Shown: piece by piece, positions 50,361 through 60,122 of the stretch
How the letters are laid out: every line of letters starts with the position of its first letter
How positions within the stretch are numbered: the first letter of the stretch is position 1
From: an uncultured Gammaproteobacteria bacterium
GTDB lineage: Bacteria > Patescibacteriota > Patescibacteriia > UBA1558 > GWA2-36-10
Direction: 5' to 3'
DNA length: 64,000 bases
Assembly (NCBI GenBank): GCA_964515785.1
Contig: CAZEWH010000003.1
Location: 16,013 to 80,012, forward strand
Notes under the pieces: model-generated
What the model was told of the DNA's origin: nothing
Database searches by the model: none
What the model saw: the letters and a program-made list of their open reading frames with translations, nothing else
Made by a program: the position numbers and the translations under genes

Positions 50361-51292
50361 AATCCTTGTTTATAAAATTTAGCTGCTTCATCTGGATCTA
50401 TAGGATTGATAATCAAACCAGAACCAATCTCTACTCCAGCCCAGACAGATCCCCTAGGCACGACTTTCATATATAGATGCTGATCATTGTCGTTAATCAC
50501 TTGATGAAAATAAAAATTATAAGGCAAGTCTAGCTGACCAATCTTACCTAAAACATGTTTGAGTATCTTGGCAAATGATTTCATTTCTGAATCGGTCAAT
50601 TCTGTAATATTATCCCGATGCTTGATCGGCATAATCCAGATTTCATAATTAAACATAGAGGCATAAGGTGTAAAAGCTACTACATTTTTATCACGATAAA
50701 CTAGGCGAGGACCTTTGGATTCTTTATGAATAACATCACAATAGACGCAGCGACCGTGTTTGAGCTTATAAGCTTGTTGACGCTGTGATTTGTCAAACAA
50801 ATGAGGTGGTAAAAATTGTGTAGCAAAAATCTGAGAATGAGAATGCTTGAGACTTGCTCCAGCTACACCACCGTCATTTTTGAAAATCAAAATATAATCA
50901 ATTTTTTTATTTTTAGAAATTTTTTCAGTTCGTACTTTATAAGCCTTGAGTAGCTCAGCAATGTGACCAAGTGGTAAATCTTCTATTTCATCAACATGAT
51001 CTGAAGTTTCTATGACTACTTCTTGTTGACCATAAGCTTTTTTGTTTTGTAGAGATACAGCTGGATATTTATTTTTGATAATATTTATTTTCCAATCTGC
51101 TTTAGTGCCGTATCGATAAAGACTAGGTACACTTTTCAAATTCTCAGGACAAAAAATACAAGAAGTGACCATTTTTTTGTGGCGCTCCTGTGGCTTGGCT
51201 ACATCATGAGGTCTTTTTCCTCGACGAGGGGCAATAATAACATATTTTTCCTGAATATAGTCTTTGCGTATTTCAGAAGATTTTAAAGGCAT
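50357..51292 (-). CDS. GalT-like HIT nucleotidyltransferase
   Basis: IIAP.RGKRP, CIFCP, NKYP, FKN.G..AGASL.HSHSQ. Confidence 0.88.
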   Translation of the reverse strand: MPLKSSEIRKDYIQEKYVIIAPRRGKRPHDVAKPQERHKKMVTSCIFCPENLKSVPSLYRYGTKADWKINIIKNKYPAVSLQNKKAYGQQEVVIETSDHVDEIEDLPLGHIAELLKAYKVRTEKISKNKKIDYILIFKNDGGVAGASLKHSHSQIFATQFLPPHLFDKSQRQQAYKLKHGRCVYCDVIHKESKGPRLVYRDKNVVAFTPYASMFNYEIWIMPIKHRDNITELTDSEMKSFAKILKHVLGKIGQLDLPYNFYFHQVINDNDQHLYMKVVPRGSVWAGVEIGSGLIINPIDPDEAAKFYKQGL

Positions 51293-51296
51293 ATGA

Positions 51297-52778
51297 TTAT
51301 TTTAATTTATTATATAATTTGAGATATTCTTTAGCTGATTTTTCCCAAGAAAAATCCTGTTGCAAACAAATAGTCCGTATTTTGTTGAATCTAGTTTTAT
51401 TTTTATATAAACTCAAGGCTTGGTTCAAATTTTTGAGCATAGCGGTTTGATTATAATCACTAAAAACTACGCCAGTTTTGTTGTGCACTACAGTATCTTT
51501 GAGTCCACCAGTCTTACGTACCATCGGAATAGTTCCATAGCGCATAGAAATCATTTGACCCAGGCCACACGGCTCAAAGGCTGAGGGCATAAGGAAAAAA
51601 TCAGAGCCAGCATAGATACGACGAGCCAAATCAGCATCAAACATTATTTTTACTTTTATCTTTTTTGGTGCTATATGAGTAACAGCTTTTAGCTCTTGTT
51701 CATATTTGGCTTGACCAGTACCTAAAATAACTACTTGAACATCATTTTTCAAAAACTTTTTCAAAGCTGGGGCTAATATGTCTACACCTTTTTGTTTGAC
51801 CAAACGGCTGACCATACCAAATACTGGAATCTTATCATCAAGTGGTAATTTTAACTCTTCTTGCAGGGTAAGCTTATTAGCTATCTTGCCAACCTGGACA
51901 GTCTTGGCACTATATTTCTTGGCAATAGCTTTGTCTGTTTGAGGATTAAAAGCTTTTACACTAATACCGTTTATTATTCCAAATAAATGCTTTTTACGAC
52001 GCAATAAATATTTGTCTAAGCGTTCACCATATTCTTTGGTTAAAATCTCTTTGGCATAATTTGGACTAACTGTATTTATAAAATCTGCTGATAATATTCC
52101 TACTTTCATTAGATCTATTACTTGACCATCTTTGTCATAATAATCCTCCATCAGGGCTGGTGTTAATTTGTTGTGCAGGCCAGCATAATCTACAATATCC
52201 AAACCAGTAATGCCCTGGTTGGCTAAATTGTGAATAGTAAAGAGCGTTTTTATATTTTTGAAATTATCATGAGTCAGGCTATATTCATCTATAAAAGTCG
52301 GTAAGAGGGCTGAATGCCAATCATGACAATGAATAAGATCTGGTGACCACTTCATGGCCTGAATACTATTGGCCACTGCCTTTGAAAAGAAAACAAACCT
52401 TTCTACATCACCTATTTCACGTGAATAAACATTTCCTTTGAGATATTTACGGCCACCAGTATATATTTGTTTGCCGTCAAACAACTTATGTTTGACCAAA
52501 TAGATATTTATGCGGCTACCAGGCAAACTAGTCCTATACAAACTAAATTTATCTTCAAAATCTTCTACTTGTATGGGAATATCTTTTTTGACTAAAGTAG
52601 TTTTATACAATTTTTTATCTATCATCCCATAAAAAGGAATGATAATCTTTACTCCAACTCCCAATCTATTGAGTGCTTTTGGTAAAGAACCCATTACATC
52701 TCCAAGACCACCTACTTTGACCAATGGCTTGAGTTCTGCGCCTGTAAAAAGGACTTCTAATTTTTGTTTTTTTGGCAT
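51297..52778 (-). CDS. glgA: Glycogen synthase (GT5), copy 1
   Basis: KVGGLGDV, HCHDWH, TIHNL, SRLVKQKG, FEPCGL.Q. Confidence 0.93.
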   Translation of the reverse strand: MPKKQKLEVLFTGAELKPLVKVGGLGDVMGSLPKALNRLGVGVKIIIPFYGMIDKKLYKTTLVKKDIPIQVEDFEDKFSLYRTSLPGSRINIYLVKHKLFDGKQIYTGGRKYLKGNVYSREIGDVERFVFFSKAVANSIQAMKWSPDLIHCHDWHSALLPTFIDEYSLTHDNFKNIKTLFTIHNLANQGITGLDIVDYAGLHNKLTPALMEDYYDKDGQVIDLMKVGILSADFINTVSPNYAKEILTKEYGERLDKYLLRRKKHLFGIINGISVKAFNPQTDKAIAKKYSAKTVQVGKIANKLTLQEELKLPLDDKIPVFGMVSRLVKQKGVDILAPALKKFLKNDVQVVILGTGQAKYEQELKAVTHIAPKKIKVKIMFDADLARRIYAGSDFFLMPSAFEPCGLGQMISMRYGTIPMVRKTGGLKDTVVHNKTGVVFSDYNQTAMLKNLNQALSLYKNKTRFNKIRTICLQQDFSWEKSAKEYLKLYNKLK

Positions 52779-52825
52779 TTTGTTTTATTTTTTATTTATT
52801 TTAACAATACTATTATAACAGAAAA

Positions 52826-53395
52826 TTATTTTTCTCCCAAGAATTTTAATATCTCATCTACCAATTCTGGATTTGGCAATTGTGAAGAGTCAACTACTAG
52901 ATAGTCTAATTTACTTTTCTTAATAATATCCAAATATTCTTGCTGTTGTTTGATATATTTATCTGGAGTTTGTGCTATATTGGCATAATGTGGATATAGA
53001 CTTAATCTGTCTTCTAATCTTTTTTTAATCAAATCTTCATCTTCTTGAAAACTAGTCAAAATTATTTTGGCATCTAATTTTTTGAGTCTAGTCTCAACTC
53101 CAGAAAAATCATATTCCCGGTTATTATATAATTTCTGATAAACATATTCAGTAATATGAAATTTTTCTAAAATAATATTCAAATTAGCCAAGCTTTCCAA
53201 TAATTCTAAATATCCATTAATAACTGTCTGGCCATATGAAGTACCATAGAGACCTACATCACAGTTAAACCAATGACAGCCATCTAAAATACGGCCACCA
53301 GAATTATATTTTGGTTCTATAGCTTTATATATCTGGCTCATCAAGTAGCTTTTACCAGACAATTCAGCCCCTTCAAAAATTATTTTATGTGGCAT
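52826..53395 (-). CDS. Thymidylate/NMP-kinase-fold P-loop protein
   Basis: IIFEGAELSGKS P-loop; E.VY. Confidence 0.7.
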   Translation of the reverse strand: MPHKIIFEGAELSGKSYLMSQIYKAIEPKYNSGGRILDGCHWFNCDVGLYGTSYGQTVINGYLELLESLANLNIILEKFHITEYVYQKLYNNREYDFSGVETRLKKLDAKIILTSFQEDEDLIKKRLEDRLSLYPHYANIAQTPDKYIKQQQEYLDIIKKSKLDYLVVDSSQLPNPELVDEILKFLGEK

Positions 53396-53396
53396 A

Positions 53397-54470
53397 CTAG
53401 TGTAGATTAATTTTATGAATATTATTAGTTGCTAATTCCAAATATTTATCACAATCTTCCAATACACCGTCTATAGGATTATTTTCATCTTGCTGATAGA
53501 ATATCAAAATCGCAGAACGTAAAGCAGTCCAGGCCTGATAGAGATTTATGCGATTTATAAAATCTATTTTTATCTTATCAAAATCTTCATCAAAATACTG
53601 TTCCAATAAATATTCTTTATAATTATTTATTCTTTTGCGAGACAAATAATTATGTCCCATAAAATCAAATTGCTGTAAAAAGGCTCCTAAGTCTACCATT
53701 GGATCGCCTTTGGCTACATCGGTAAAATCAATCATTTCGATTTCTTTGGCTTTAAGACTAGCGATAATCACATTATCTGGATGATAATCACCATAAATAA
53801 TAGATGCTTTGAAATTTTTAGAAAATTCTTTTTTCAATTTTCTCATGCGAGCCAATAAACCTTCGACTAGTTTACCATATTCAATATTTTCCTCATAAAA
53901 GTCTGGTACAAAACGCTGTGGTGGTGGCACCATCTTGCTAATCCTAAAAATTGGCCAATCGAAATCAAGCTTAGTATCAAAATTATGAATTTTTTTGATC
54001 CAGGCAACTATTAATTTAAAAGTGGGTTTAAGATTGGCTTCTGGTTCTTGAGTAAAAAAATTCAAAAAACTACGACCAGGTGATGCTTCATAAAAAAATG
54101 CTTTTTGTTTTGTTAAATAAAATAAAGGTTTGGTCACTCTAAATTTTCCTTTATCAAAATTATTATTATATAAAAATCTACAATTATTATAAGCATCTTT
54201 ACGAGAACCATCTGAATGGGCTGAACAAAAAATATCAAGATTATGACTACGATCGTCTTTACCTTTATATTTTATTTTAAATTCAACCACAAAAACTACA
54301 TTGCGAGGACTAATATGTCTTTTGAAGGGGTCAAGTTTAAAACTTTCCAATTTTTTGTAATCTGGATAATATTTTGGTAAATATTCACATAAAATATGAC
54401 GAATAAATTTACGATCCACTAATTTGGTGATATTGTGTTTGACTTCTTCTGATAATATTTTCTTAGTCAT
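53397..54470 (-). CDS. Aminoglycoside phosphotransferase-like kinase (possible sugar kinase)
   Basis: YGDYHPDNV, IDF.D...GDPMVDL. Confidence 0.8.
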   Translation of the reverse strand: MTKKILSEEVKHNITKLVDRKFIRHILCEYLPKYYPDYKKLESFKLDPFKRHISPRNVVFVVEFKIKYKGKDDRSHNLDIFCSAHSDGSRKDAYNNCRFLYNNNFDKGKFRVTKPLFYLTKQKAFFYEASPGRSFLNFFTQEPEANLKPTFKLIVAWIKKIHNFDTKLDFDWPIFRISKMVPPPQRFVPDFYEENIEYGKLVEGLLARMRKLKKEFSKNFKASIIYGDYHPDNVIIASLKAKEIEMIDFTDVAKGDPMVDLGAFLQQFDFMGHNYLSRKRINNYKEYLLEQYFDEDFDKIKIDFINRINLYQAWTALRSAILIFYQQDENNPIDGVLEDCDKYLELATNNIHKINLH

Positions 54471-54481
54471 ATGCTTGTTAT

Positions 54482-55636
54482 TTACTTTTTATGGTGGCGT
54501 CGCCAATGACTTAGCCAAGTGTTCTTTTTGATATCAATAAATATTTTTTCTGCTTTTATTTTTTCTGCTGTTGTAGCTTTTTCTAAAGATCGCACTACTC
54601 GGATCAACTCTTCTGAGCCATTGTCTATCATATCAGGACTCCAAGTCAGTGGTGACCAATCAGACGGCTTCTTGGCAGAAGCCCACCAAAAAGTACAAGA
54701 AGAAACACCTCTGTCTAGATGATTACGTGCCCAAGACCAATTTGGATCGCCTTTGTATTTTTCTACCAAATTACTAGCAAGGTCAACTAGTTTCCATAAT
54801 AATTTGTGGATTTTATTATTTGGGTCTTGCCACAAAGCATAAGGTATTCGTTTTTTCAATTCTATCTTTGTTGATTCCCAAGAAGCTGCTCTAATATCAA
54901 TCAATTTTGTTTTATCTAGACTTTTTAGATAATTACTAACACTAAGCACTTGTAATTTTTTGTTGGCTAATATTTTTTCAATATAGCCTCGCCAATCTTC
55001 ATGCTGGTGACCATAAATTTCACCATCAGTAGCTGTAATAATAATTTCATTATCTTTTAAACTAGCAAACTTTTTATAAATAATTTCTGGCGGATAATGT
55101 TTGGAAATTTTTCTATCACGAAAAACAACTTGTAGACCAATTTTTTTTATTTTATATAAAATATTATTGTCTATCTTATCAGCATAATGAATCTGATCTA
55201 AAACTAAATATTTAAAACCAGCTCGCTTTACAATTTTGGCAAGCTTATCTGAATAAGCCATTTCTGGTAAATAAAAACCAGTGATTTTTTTGATATCAAA
55301 ATACTGACTTAAAATCTGATTATTAAGATCTATCTGCCTTTTTACTTCTTTATCAGATAATAAAGGTAAGATAGCGTGATATTTAGCAGAGCCAACTAAT
55401 TCTATTTGATTTTTTTTAACCAAATGCTGTAAACGTTTCAATAAATCAGGTCGCATATCTTGCCATTGCTCTATTAGATTGGCAGTAATATTGAGGGTAG
55501 TTTTAAAATTGGGATATTTTTCCCATAGAGTCAACAAATACTCATAACTTTCACTAGCTATTTGCTCAAAGATACCTCTTTGTTGCCAAGGGGGTTGATA
55601 AATATGTAAAAAATTAACCCAAGTTATTTTTTTCAT
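54482..55636 (-). CDS. Glycoside hydrolase family 57 protein
   Basis: FLHIYQP, Y HAILPL, FYLPEMAY, TATDGE..GH, S..FWWAS. Confidence 0.88.
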   Translation of the reverse strand: MKKITWVNFLHIYQPPWQQRGIFEQIASESYEYLLTLWEKYPNFKTTLNITANLIEQWQDMRPDLLKRLQHLVKKNQIELVGSAKYHAILPLLSDKEVKRQIDLNNQILSQYFDIKKITGFYLPEMAYSDKLAKIVKRAGFKYLVLDQIHYADKIDNNILYKIKKIGLQVVFRDRKISKHYPPEIIYKKFASLKDNEIIITATDGEIYGHQHEDWRGYIEKILANKKLQVLSVSNYLKSLDKTKLIDIRAASWESTKIELKKRIPYALWQDPNNKIHKLLWKLVDLASNLVEKYKGDPNWSWARNHLDRGVSSCTFWWASAKKPSDWSPLTWSPDMIDNGSEELIRVVRSLEKATTAEKIKAEKIFIDIKKNTWLSHWRRHHKK

Positions 55637-57110
55637 CTCTTTTAAATCGTTTAGCTTTATTATAAAGTTGAATATATTTTTGAGCTGGCAATTCCCAAGA
55701 TACAGAAGCCTTCATACCTCGACAAACCAGAGCACGCCAGATTTTTTTATATTTATAAGTCTCCAAAGCACGAGTTATAGCTACTAATAGATCTTTGGAA
55801 CTATAATTTTTAAAAGTAAAGCCGTTTCCTATATTGTTGATAGGATCAAAATTGGTCACTGTGTCATTGAGACCTCCAGTGCTACGTACAATCGGCACAC
55901 AACCATAACGAAAACCTTTGAGCTGGTTGATACCACAAGGCTCATGATGAGATGGTAAGAGGACTAGATCAGAACCAGCATAAACTTGTGTTTCATATTT
56001 TTGATTTTTTTCATGAGAAGGAATAATCACAAATTTATCTGGATATTTTTTTTGTACTTTATTTAAATCTTTAATAAAATTTTTATCGCCAGAACCAATC
56101 ACAATAAATTGTAGATCAAATTGCATCAAAGGCTTAATAATTCGTAAAATTAATTCAAACCCTTTCTGATAAGTAACTCGAGAGGTCATACAAATGATTG
56201 GTACATCATCTCGAACTGGTAATTTAAATAATTTTTGAATAAATTTTTTATTAAGTTTTTTGCGTAATACTTTTTTATGGTCATAATTTCTATAAATCTT
56301 TTTGTCATTGCTGGGATTAAATTCTTTATAATCAATGCCATTTACTACACCAAAAAGCTTGTGCTGACGATTGTTTAAGATGCGATGCAGATCTTGACCA
56401 AAATCACGTTTCAAAATTTCTTCAGCATAAGTTTCAGAAACTGTATTTATGGCGTCAGCATGCAAAATAGCTCGTTTGGCAAAATTAATATATTCTATTT
56501 TTTTGTTATCAAACATTGGCAAAGAACTTTTACCTTTATCACGATATTTAACAGGTACTTCCCACCAGTTTTGGCCAAATTGAAAAACAAGATTATGAAT
56601 AGTATAAACTATTGCTGCAGACTGTAGAGTCTTAGATTTTTTGAAACGATGTTTTTTGAGGTAAGGTATCAGACCAGCTTGCCAATCATGACAATGGATA
56701 ATATCAGCTTTATACTTTAATAAAGAAATCAATTTTAAAGCAGCTACATCAAATAAATAAAATCTCTGATTTTCGTGACCAGAGCCATAAAGCTTTGTAC
56801 GACGACCAAAAAATTTGTCAGCTCTAACAAAATAAGCTGGCAAACCAGGCATCAATTCTCCTCGATAATAACTCACCTTAACTTCGTTCTCTTTATCAAT
56901 ATAAAGATTGACGTCGCTGTATATTCTTTCTAGTTTATGTTTTTTTCTATCAAGGCTCTTGGTATAAAAAGGAGAGATGATGGTTACTTCATGACCTAAG
57001 CGGTGCAAAGATTTTGGTAATGAACGTGCTACATCAGCTAAACCACCAGTTTTGGAAAAAGGATCAACTTCACTAGAAATAGAAACAATTTTTAATTTTT
57101 TTCTTGGCAT
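55614..57110 (-). CDS. glgA: Glycogen synthase (GT5), copy 2
   Basis: KTGGLADV, HCHDWQ, TIHNL, SRV..QKG, HEPCGI.Q, TGGL.DTV. Confidence 0.92.
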   Translation of the reverse strand: MPRKKLKIVSISSEVDPFSKTGGLADVARSLPKSLHRLGHEVTIISPFYTKSLDRKKHKLERIYSDVNLYIDKENEVKVSYYRGELMPGLPAYFVRADKFFGRRTKLYGSGHENQRFYLFDVAALKLISLLKYKADIIHCHDWQAGLIPYLKKHRFKKSKTLQSAAIVYTIHNLVFQFGQNWWEVPVKYRDKGKSSLPMFDNKKIEYINFAKRAILHADAINTVSETYAEEILKRDFGQDLHRILNNRQHKLFGVVNGIDYKEFNPSNDKKIYRNYDHKKVLRKKLNKKFIQKLFKLPVRDDVPIICMTSRVTYQKGFELILRIIKPLMQFDLQFIVIGSGDKNFIKDLNKVQKKYPDKFVIIPSHEKNQKYETQVYAGSDLVLLPSHHEPCGINQLKGFRYGCVPIVRSTGGLNDTVTNFDPINNIGNGFTFKNYSSKDLLVAITRALETYKYKKIWRALVCRGMKASVSWELPAQKYIQLYNKAKRFKRDEKNNLG

Positions 57111-57113
57111 AGA

Positions 57114-57608
57114 TTAAACTAATTTTTTATTATAAAAGCTAGCACAAATAGATATAGCTAAGGCATCAGCTGCATCATCAGGCTGAGGTATACTTTTTAG
57201 GTTCAAGATAGCTTTGACCATCCGACCAACCTGCAGCTTATTGGCACTACCGCTTGCAGCTACTGCTTGTTTTATTTGTAAAGGCGTAAATTCTAATAAA
57301 TCTTTTTTATTTTGCTGAATAGCTAATAAAACTACACCCCTACACTGTCCAACATTGAGAGCGGTTGTCACATTACGAGCAAAAAATAATTTTTCTACTG
57401 CTATAATATCCGGATTATATTTTTTTATAATTTTATTCGTTTGCTTATAAATTTCTTCTAAGCGATCACTAAAATCTGTATTTTTATCTGTCTGAATACT
57501 ACCAGCTATAATATATTCTAACTTATTTCCTTCTTTGCTAATCAGACCATAGCCAGTATCAGCTAGACCAGGATCAAAACCTAAGATAATTTGTCGACGT
57601 TTAGCCAT
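57114..57608 (-). CDS. ruvC: Holliday junction resolvase RuvC
   Basis: LGFDPG...TGYG, AVEKLFF, DDAADALA. Confidence 0.96.
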   Translation of the reverse strand: MAKRRQIILGFDPGLADTGYGLISKEGNKLEYIIAGSIQTDKNTDFSDRLEEIYKQTNKIIKKYNPDIIAVEKLFFARNVTTALNVGQCRGVVLLAIQQNKKDLLEFTPLQIKQAVAASGSANKLQVGRMVKAILNLKSIPQPDDAADALAISICASFYNKKLV

Positions 57609-58312
57609 TATATGTTGGCGTTAGTATAAATATTATTTATATCATCATCGTCATCCAAAGCATTAAGTAGTTTTAATAACTTTTCATCATCTGTGACATC
57701 AATCTTTTCTTTAGATAAATAAATCATATCAGAGGATTTGACTACAAAACCTGTAGCCTGCAATTTATTTTTAACTGCTTCTAGATTATCTAAACTAGTA
57801 ATAATTTTTATTTCTTCTTCGCGTATAATATCATCAGCTCCAGCATCTATGATTTTTAATTCATCCTCTTCTGAAACCTTGCTTTGCTCCAAAGTAATTT
57901 CTCCTTTGGATTCAAACATCCACATCACAGAACCAGTATTACCTAAGCTGCCGTTGTGTTTTGATAAAATATGTTTGAGATTAGAAAGTGAACGATTTTT
58001 ATTGTCCGTCAAAATCTGGATAATCATCGCTACTCCATCTGGTCCATAAGCTTCATATAATAATTCTTCTATTATACCTTCATCACCAGTGCCACTGCCT
58101 TTTTTGATAGCCCGTTCTATATTGTCTTTTGGCATACTAAAAGATCTGGCCTTATCAACGGCCATCCGTAATTTGAAATTGCTGTCTAAATCAGCACCAC
58201 CGCGAGCCGCTACAGCAATATTTTTAGAAAGCTTTGTAAAAACATTGCTACGTTTAGCGTCTTTGGATTCTTTGGCTCGTTTAATTTTTGACCACTTTGA
58301 ATGTCCACTCAT
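57608..58312 (-). CDS. yebC: YebC/PmpR family protein
   Basis: MSGHSKW.KIK, YEAYGP.G, TDNKNR. Confidence 0.96.
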   Translation of the reverse strand: MSGHSKWSKIKRAKESKDAKRSNVFTKLSKNIAVAARGGADLDSNFKLRMAVDKARSFSMPKDNIERAIKKGSGTGDEGIIEELLYEAYGPDGVAMIIQILTDNKNRSLSNLKHILSKHNGSLGNTGSVMWMFESKGEITLEQSKVSEEDELKIIDAGADDIIREEEIKIITSLDNLEAVKNKLQATGFVVKSSDMIYLSKEKIDVTDDEKLLKLLNALDDDDDINNIYTNANI

Positions 58313-58433
58313 AACAAATAAAATAAAGGAAAATCATTGATATCTTACCAAAAAAACAGCAAAAAATCAATGTCAAATTGCTCAAAAAAGTTATCAACTT
58401 GACGAGCCTAAAAATAAATAATAAGATATAAAT

Positions 58434-58511
58434 ATTCAAAGTTCTGTACCATTTAATAATTAAATTTATTAAGCTCAATCTCCGTGTCCATGCCTGACGG
58501 GGATTTTTTTT
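58434..58511 (+). ncRNA. Candidate ~75-nt sRNA or attenuated leader
   Basis: TTGACG-17-TAAGAT promoter (58399-58427); terminator AATCTCCGT/ACGGGGATT plus T-run with GTCCATGC in the loop; the downstream gene has its own leaderless -10. Confidence 0.45.
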
Positions 58512-58538
58512 ATTGTTATATTTTGCTACAATACAGAC

Positions 58539-60122
58539 ATGTCCAAAAACAAATGGCTAAACAAAATACAAAAATATAAGCTAGATTATGTGGCTTTATT
58601 TGTTTTGGTGGGTGGCTATTTTACCAAATTGCAATGGAATAATTATATTGGTGATCCAGATGGTTTTTATCATACCAAAATAGCTCAATTTTTAGGCGAC
58701 GGCATTGTTCTCAAAAGCTTACCTTGGATGCAATTTAGTACTCTGACAAATAATTTTACTGATCATCATTTTTTATATCATATCTTACTTGTTCCTTTTA
58801 CTTATTTTAACGATCCGTTGATTGGTATAAAAATAGCTACTGTTTTATTTGCTACTGTGATGGTTTTAGTTTTTTATTGGCTATTGAAAAAATTTGATCT
58901 AAAATATGCTTGGATTTTTGCCTTACTATTTATTACTATGGAAGCAACTATTTTTAGATTAGGTCTAGTCAAGGCCAATTCTCTATCTTTGTTGATTATT
59001 TGGTTTTTGATTTATGCTTTATACCAAAAAAAATACTGGTTAACAGTATTGCTTGGTTTTATTTTTGTCTGGCTATATGGTGGCTGGCCAATTAGTCTTA
59101 TTATTCTAGTTACTTATTTGATAGCTGAATATATTTATAAAAAAATACACACAAATAAATTAAAAATATTTTGGTCAAAAATTATTCGTGTATTTTATCA
59201 AAAACCAGGCAATAATTTCAAAATATCTTTGAGTTTAATAGCTGGTTTGATATTAGGCCTAATCATCAATCCATATTGGCCAAAAAATTTGTACTTTTAT
59301 TACCAACAAATTGTCCAGATTGGCATAGTCAATCTAGGGCAACAAATCACAGTGGGTGGTGAATGGTATGGTACTAATCTGATGGCTATTATATCATCTG
59401 GAGCACATATTTTTGTATTAGCTAGCGTAATCTTTATTATTTTGGTGCTAAATCATAAAATAATTAGCCGACAAACTTGGTTTAGTTTTATATTGTCTTT
59501 GATATTTTTATTGTTAACTCTCAAATCTCGTCGTTATGTAGAATATTTCTGGCCTTTTGTATTATTTTTTACAGCTTGTGGCCTGACTGATATTATTAAA
59601 AAATTTAATTGGTCTGTTATCAAAAAATTCTGGCGTAGCATATCTAGTTTTCAAAAAGTTTATTTAGGAATCGTTAGTACTGTTTTTATTATTTTTATAT
59701 TGGTGCCGGTTTGGCAAAATATTATCGAAACTAAAATTCCACACAATCATGCCATCAACAAATTTGAAGCAGCGACCACTTGGTTGGCGTCCAATACTCC
59801 TCCTCAATCAATTATTTTGCATAGTGATTGGGATGAATGGCCAATACTATTTTATAATAATGATCAAAATTATTATATTATGGGTCTTGATCCAACTTTT
59901 ATGTATAATTTTGACAAAGATTTGCACCAAAAATTTGTCTCCATCACAACTGGTAAATATAAATACAATCTAGACAAACAAATCAAACAATCTTTTGATG
60001 CTGATTATATTTTTGTAGAAAAAAAGAGCCACCAGGCTCTAATAAACAATTTGGAAGAAAATCAAAATATTAATTTAGTCTATGAAGATGAATTATCGCA
60101 AATTTATTTTATTGAAAATTAA
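58539..60122 (+). CDS. GT-C-type integral membrane glycosyltransferase-like protein
   Basis: Many TM segments; D.FYH in the first loop; C-terminal periplasmic domain with SDWD. Confidence 0.75.
   Translation: MSKNKWLNKIQKYKLDYVALFVLVGGYFTKLQWNNYIGDPDGFYHTKIAQFLGDGIVLKSLPWMQFSTLTNNFTDHHFLYHILLVPFTYFNDPLIGIKIATVLFATVMVLVFYWLLKKFDLKYAWIFALLFITMEATIFRLGLVKANSLSLLIIWFLIYALYQKKYWLTVLLGFIFVWLYGGWPISLIILVTYLIAEYIYKKIHTNKLKIFWSKIIRVFYQKPGNNFKISLSLIAGLILGLIINPYWPKNLYFYYQQIVQIGIVNLGQQITVGGEWYGTNLMAIISSGAHIFVLASVIFIILVLNHKIISRQTWFSFILSLIFLLLTLKSRRYVEYFWPFVLFFTACGLTDIIKKFNWSVIKKFWRSISSFQKVYLGIVSTVFIIFILVPVWQNIIETKIPHNHAINKFEAATTWLASNTPPQSIILHSDWDEWPILFYNNDQNYYIMGLDPTFMYNFDKDLHQKFVSITTGKYKYNLDKQIKQSFDADYIFVEKKSHQALINNLEENQNINLVYEDELSQIYFIEN

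Noticed and set aside
58281-58478. 65-aa hydrophobic ORF upstream of yebC
   Set aside because: AT-rich intergenic frame with a TTG start, overlapping promoters; no supporting signals.
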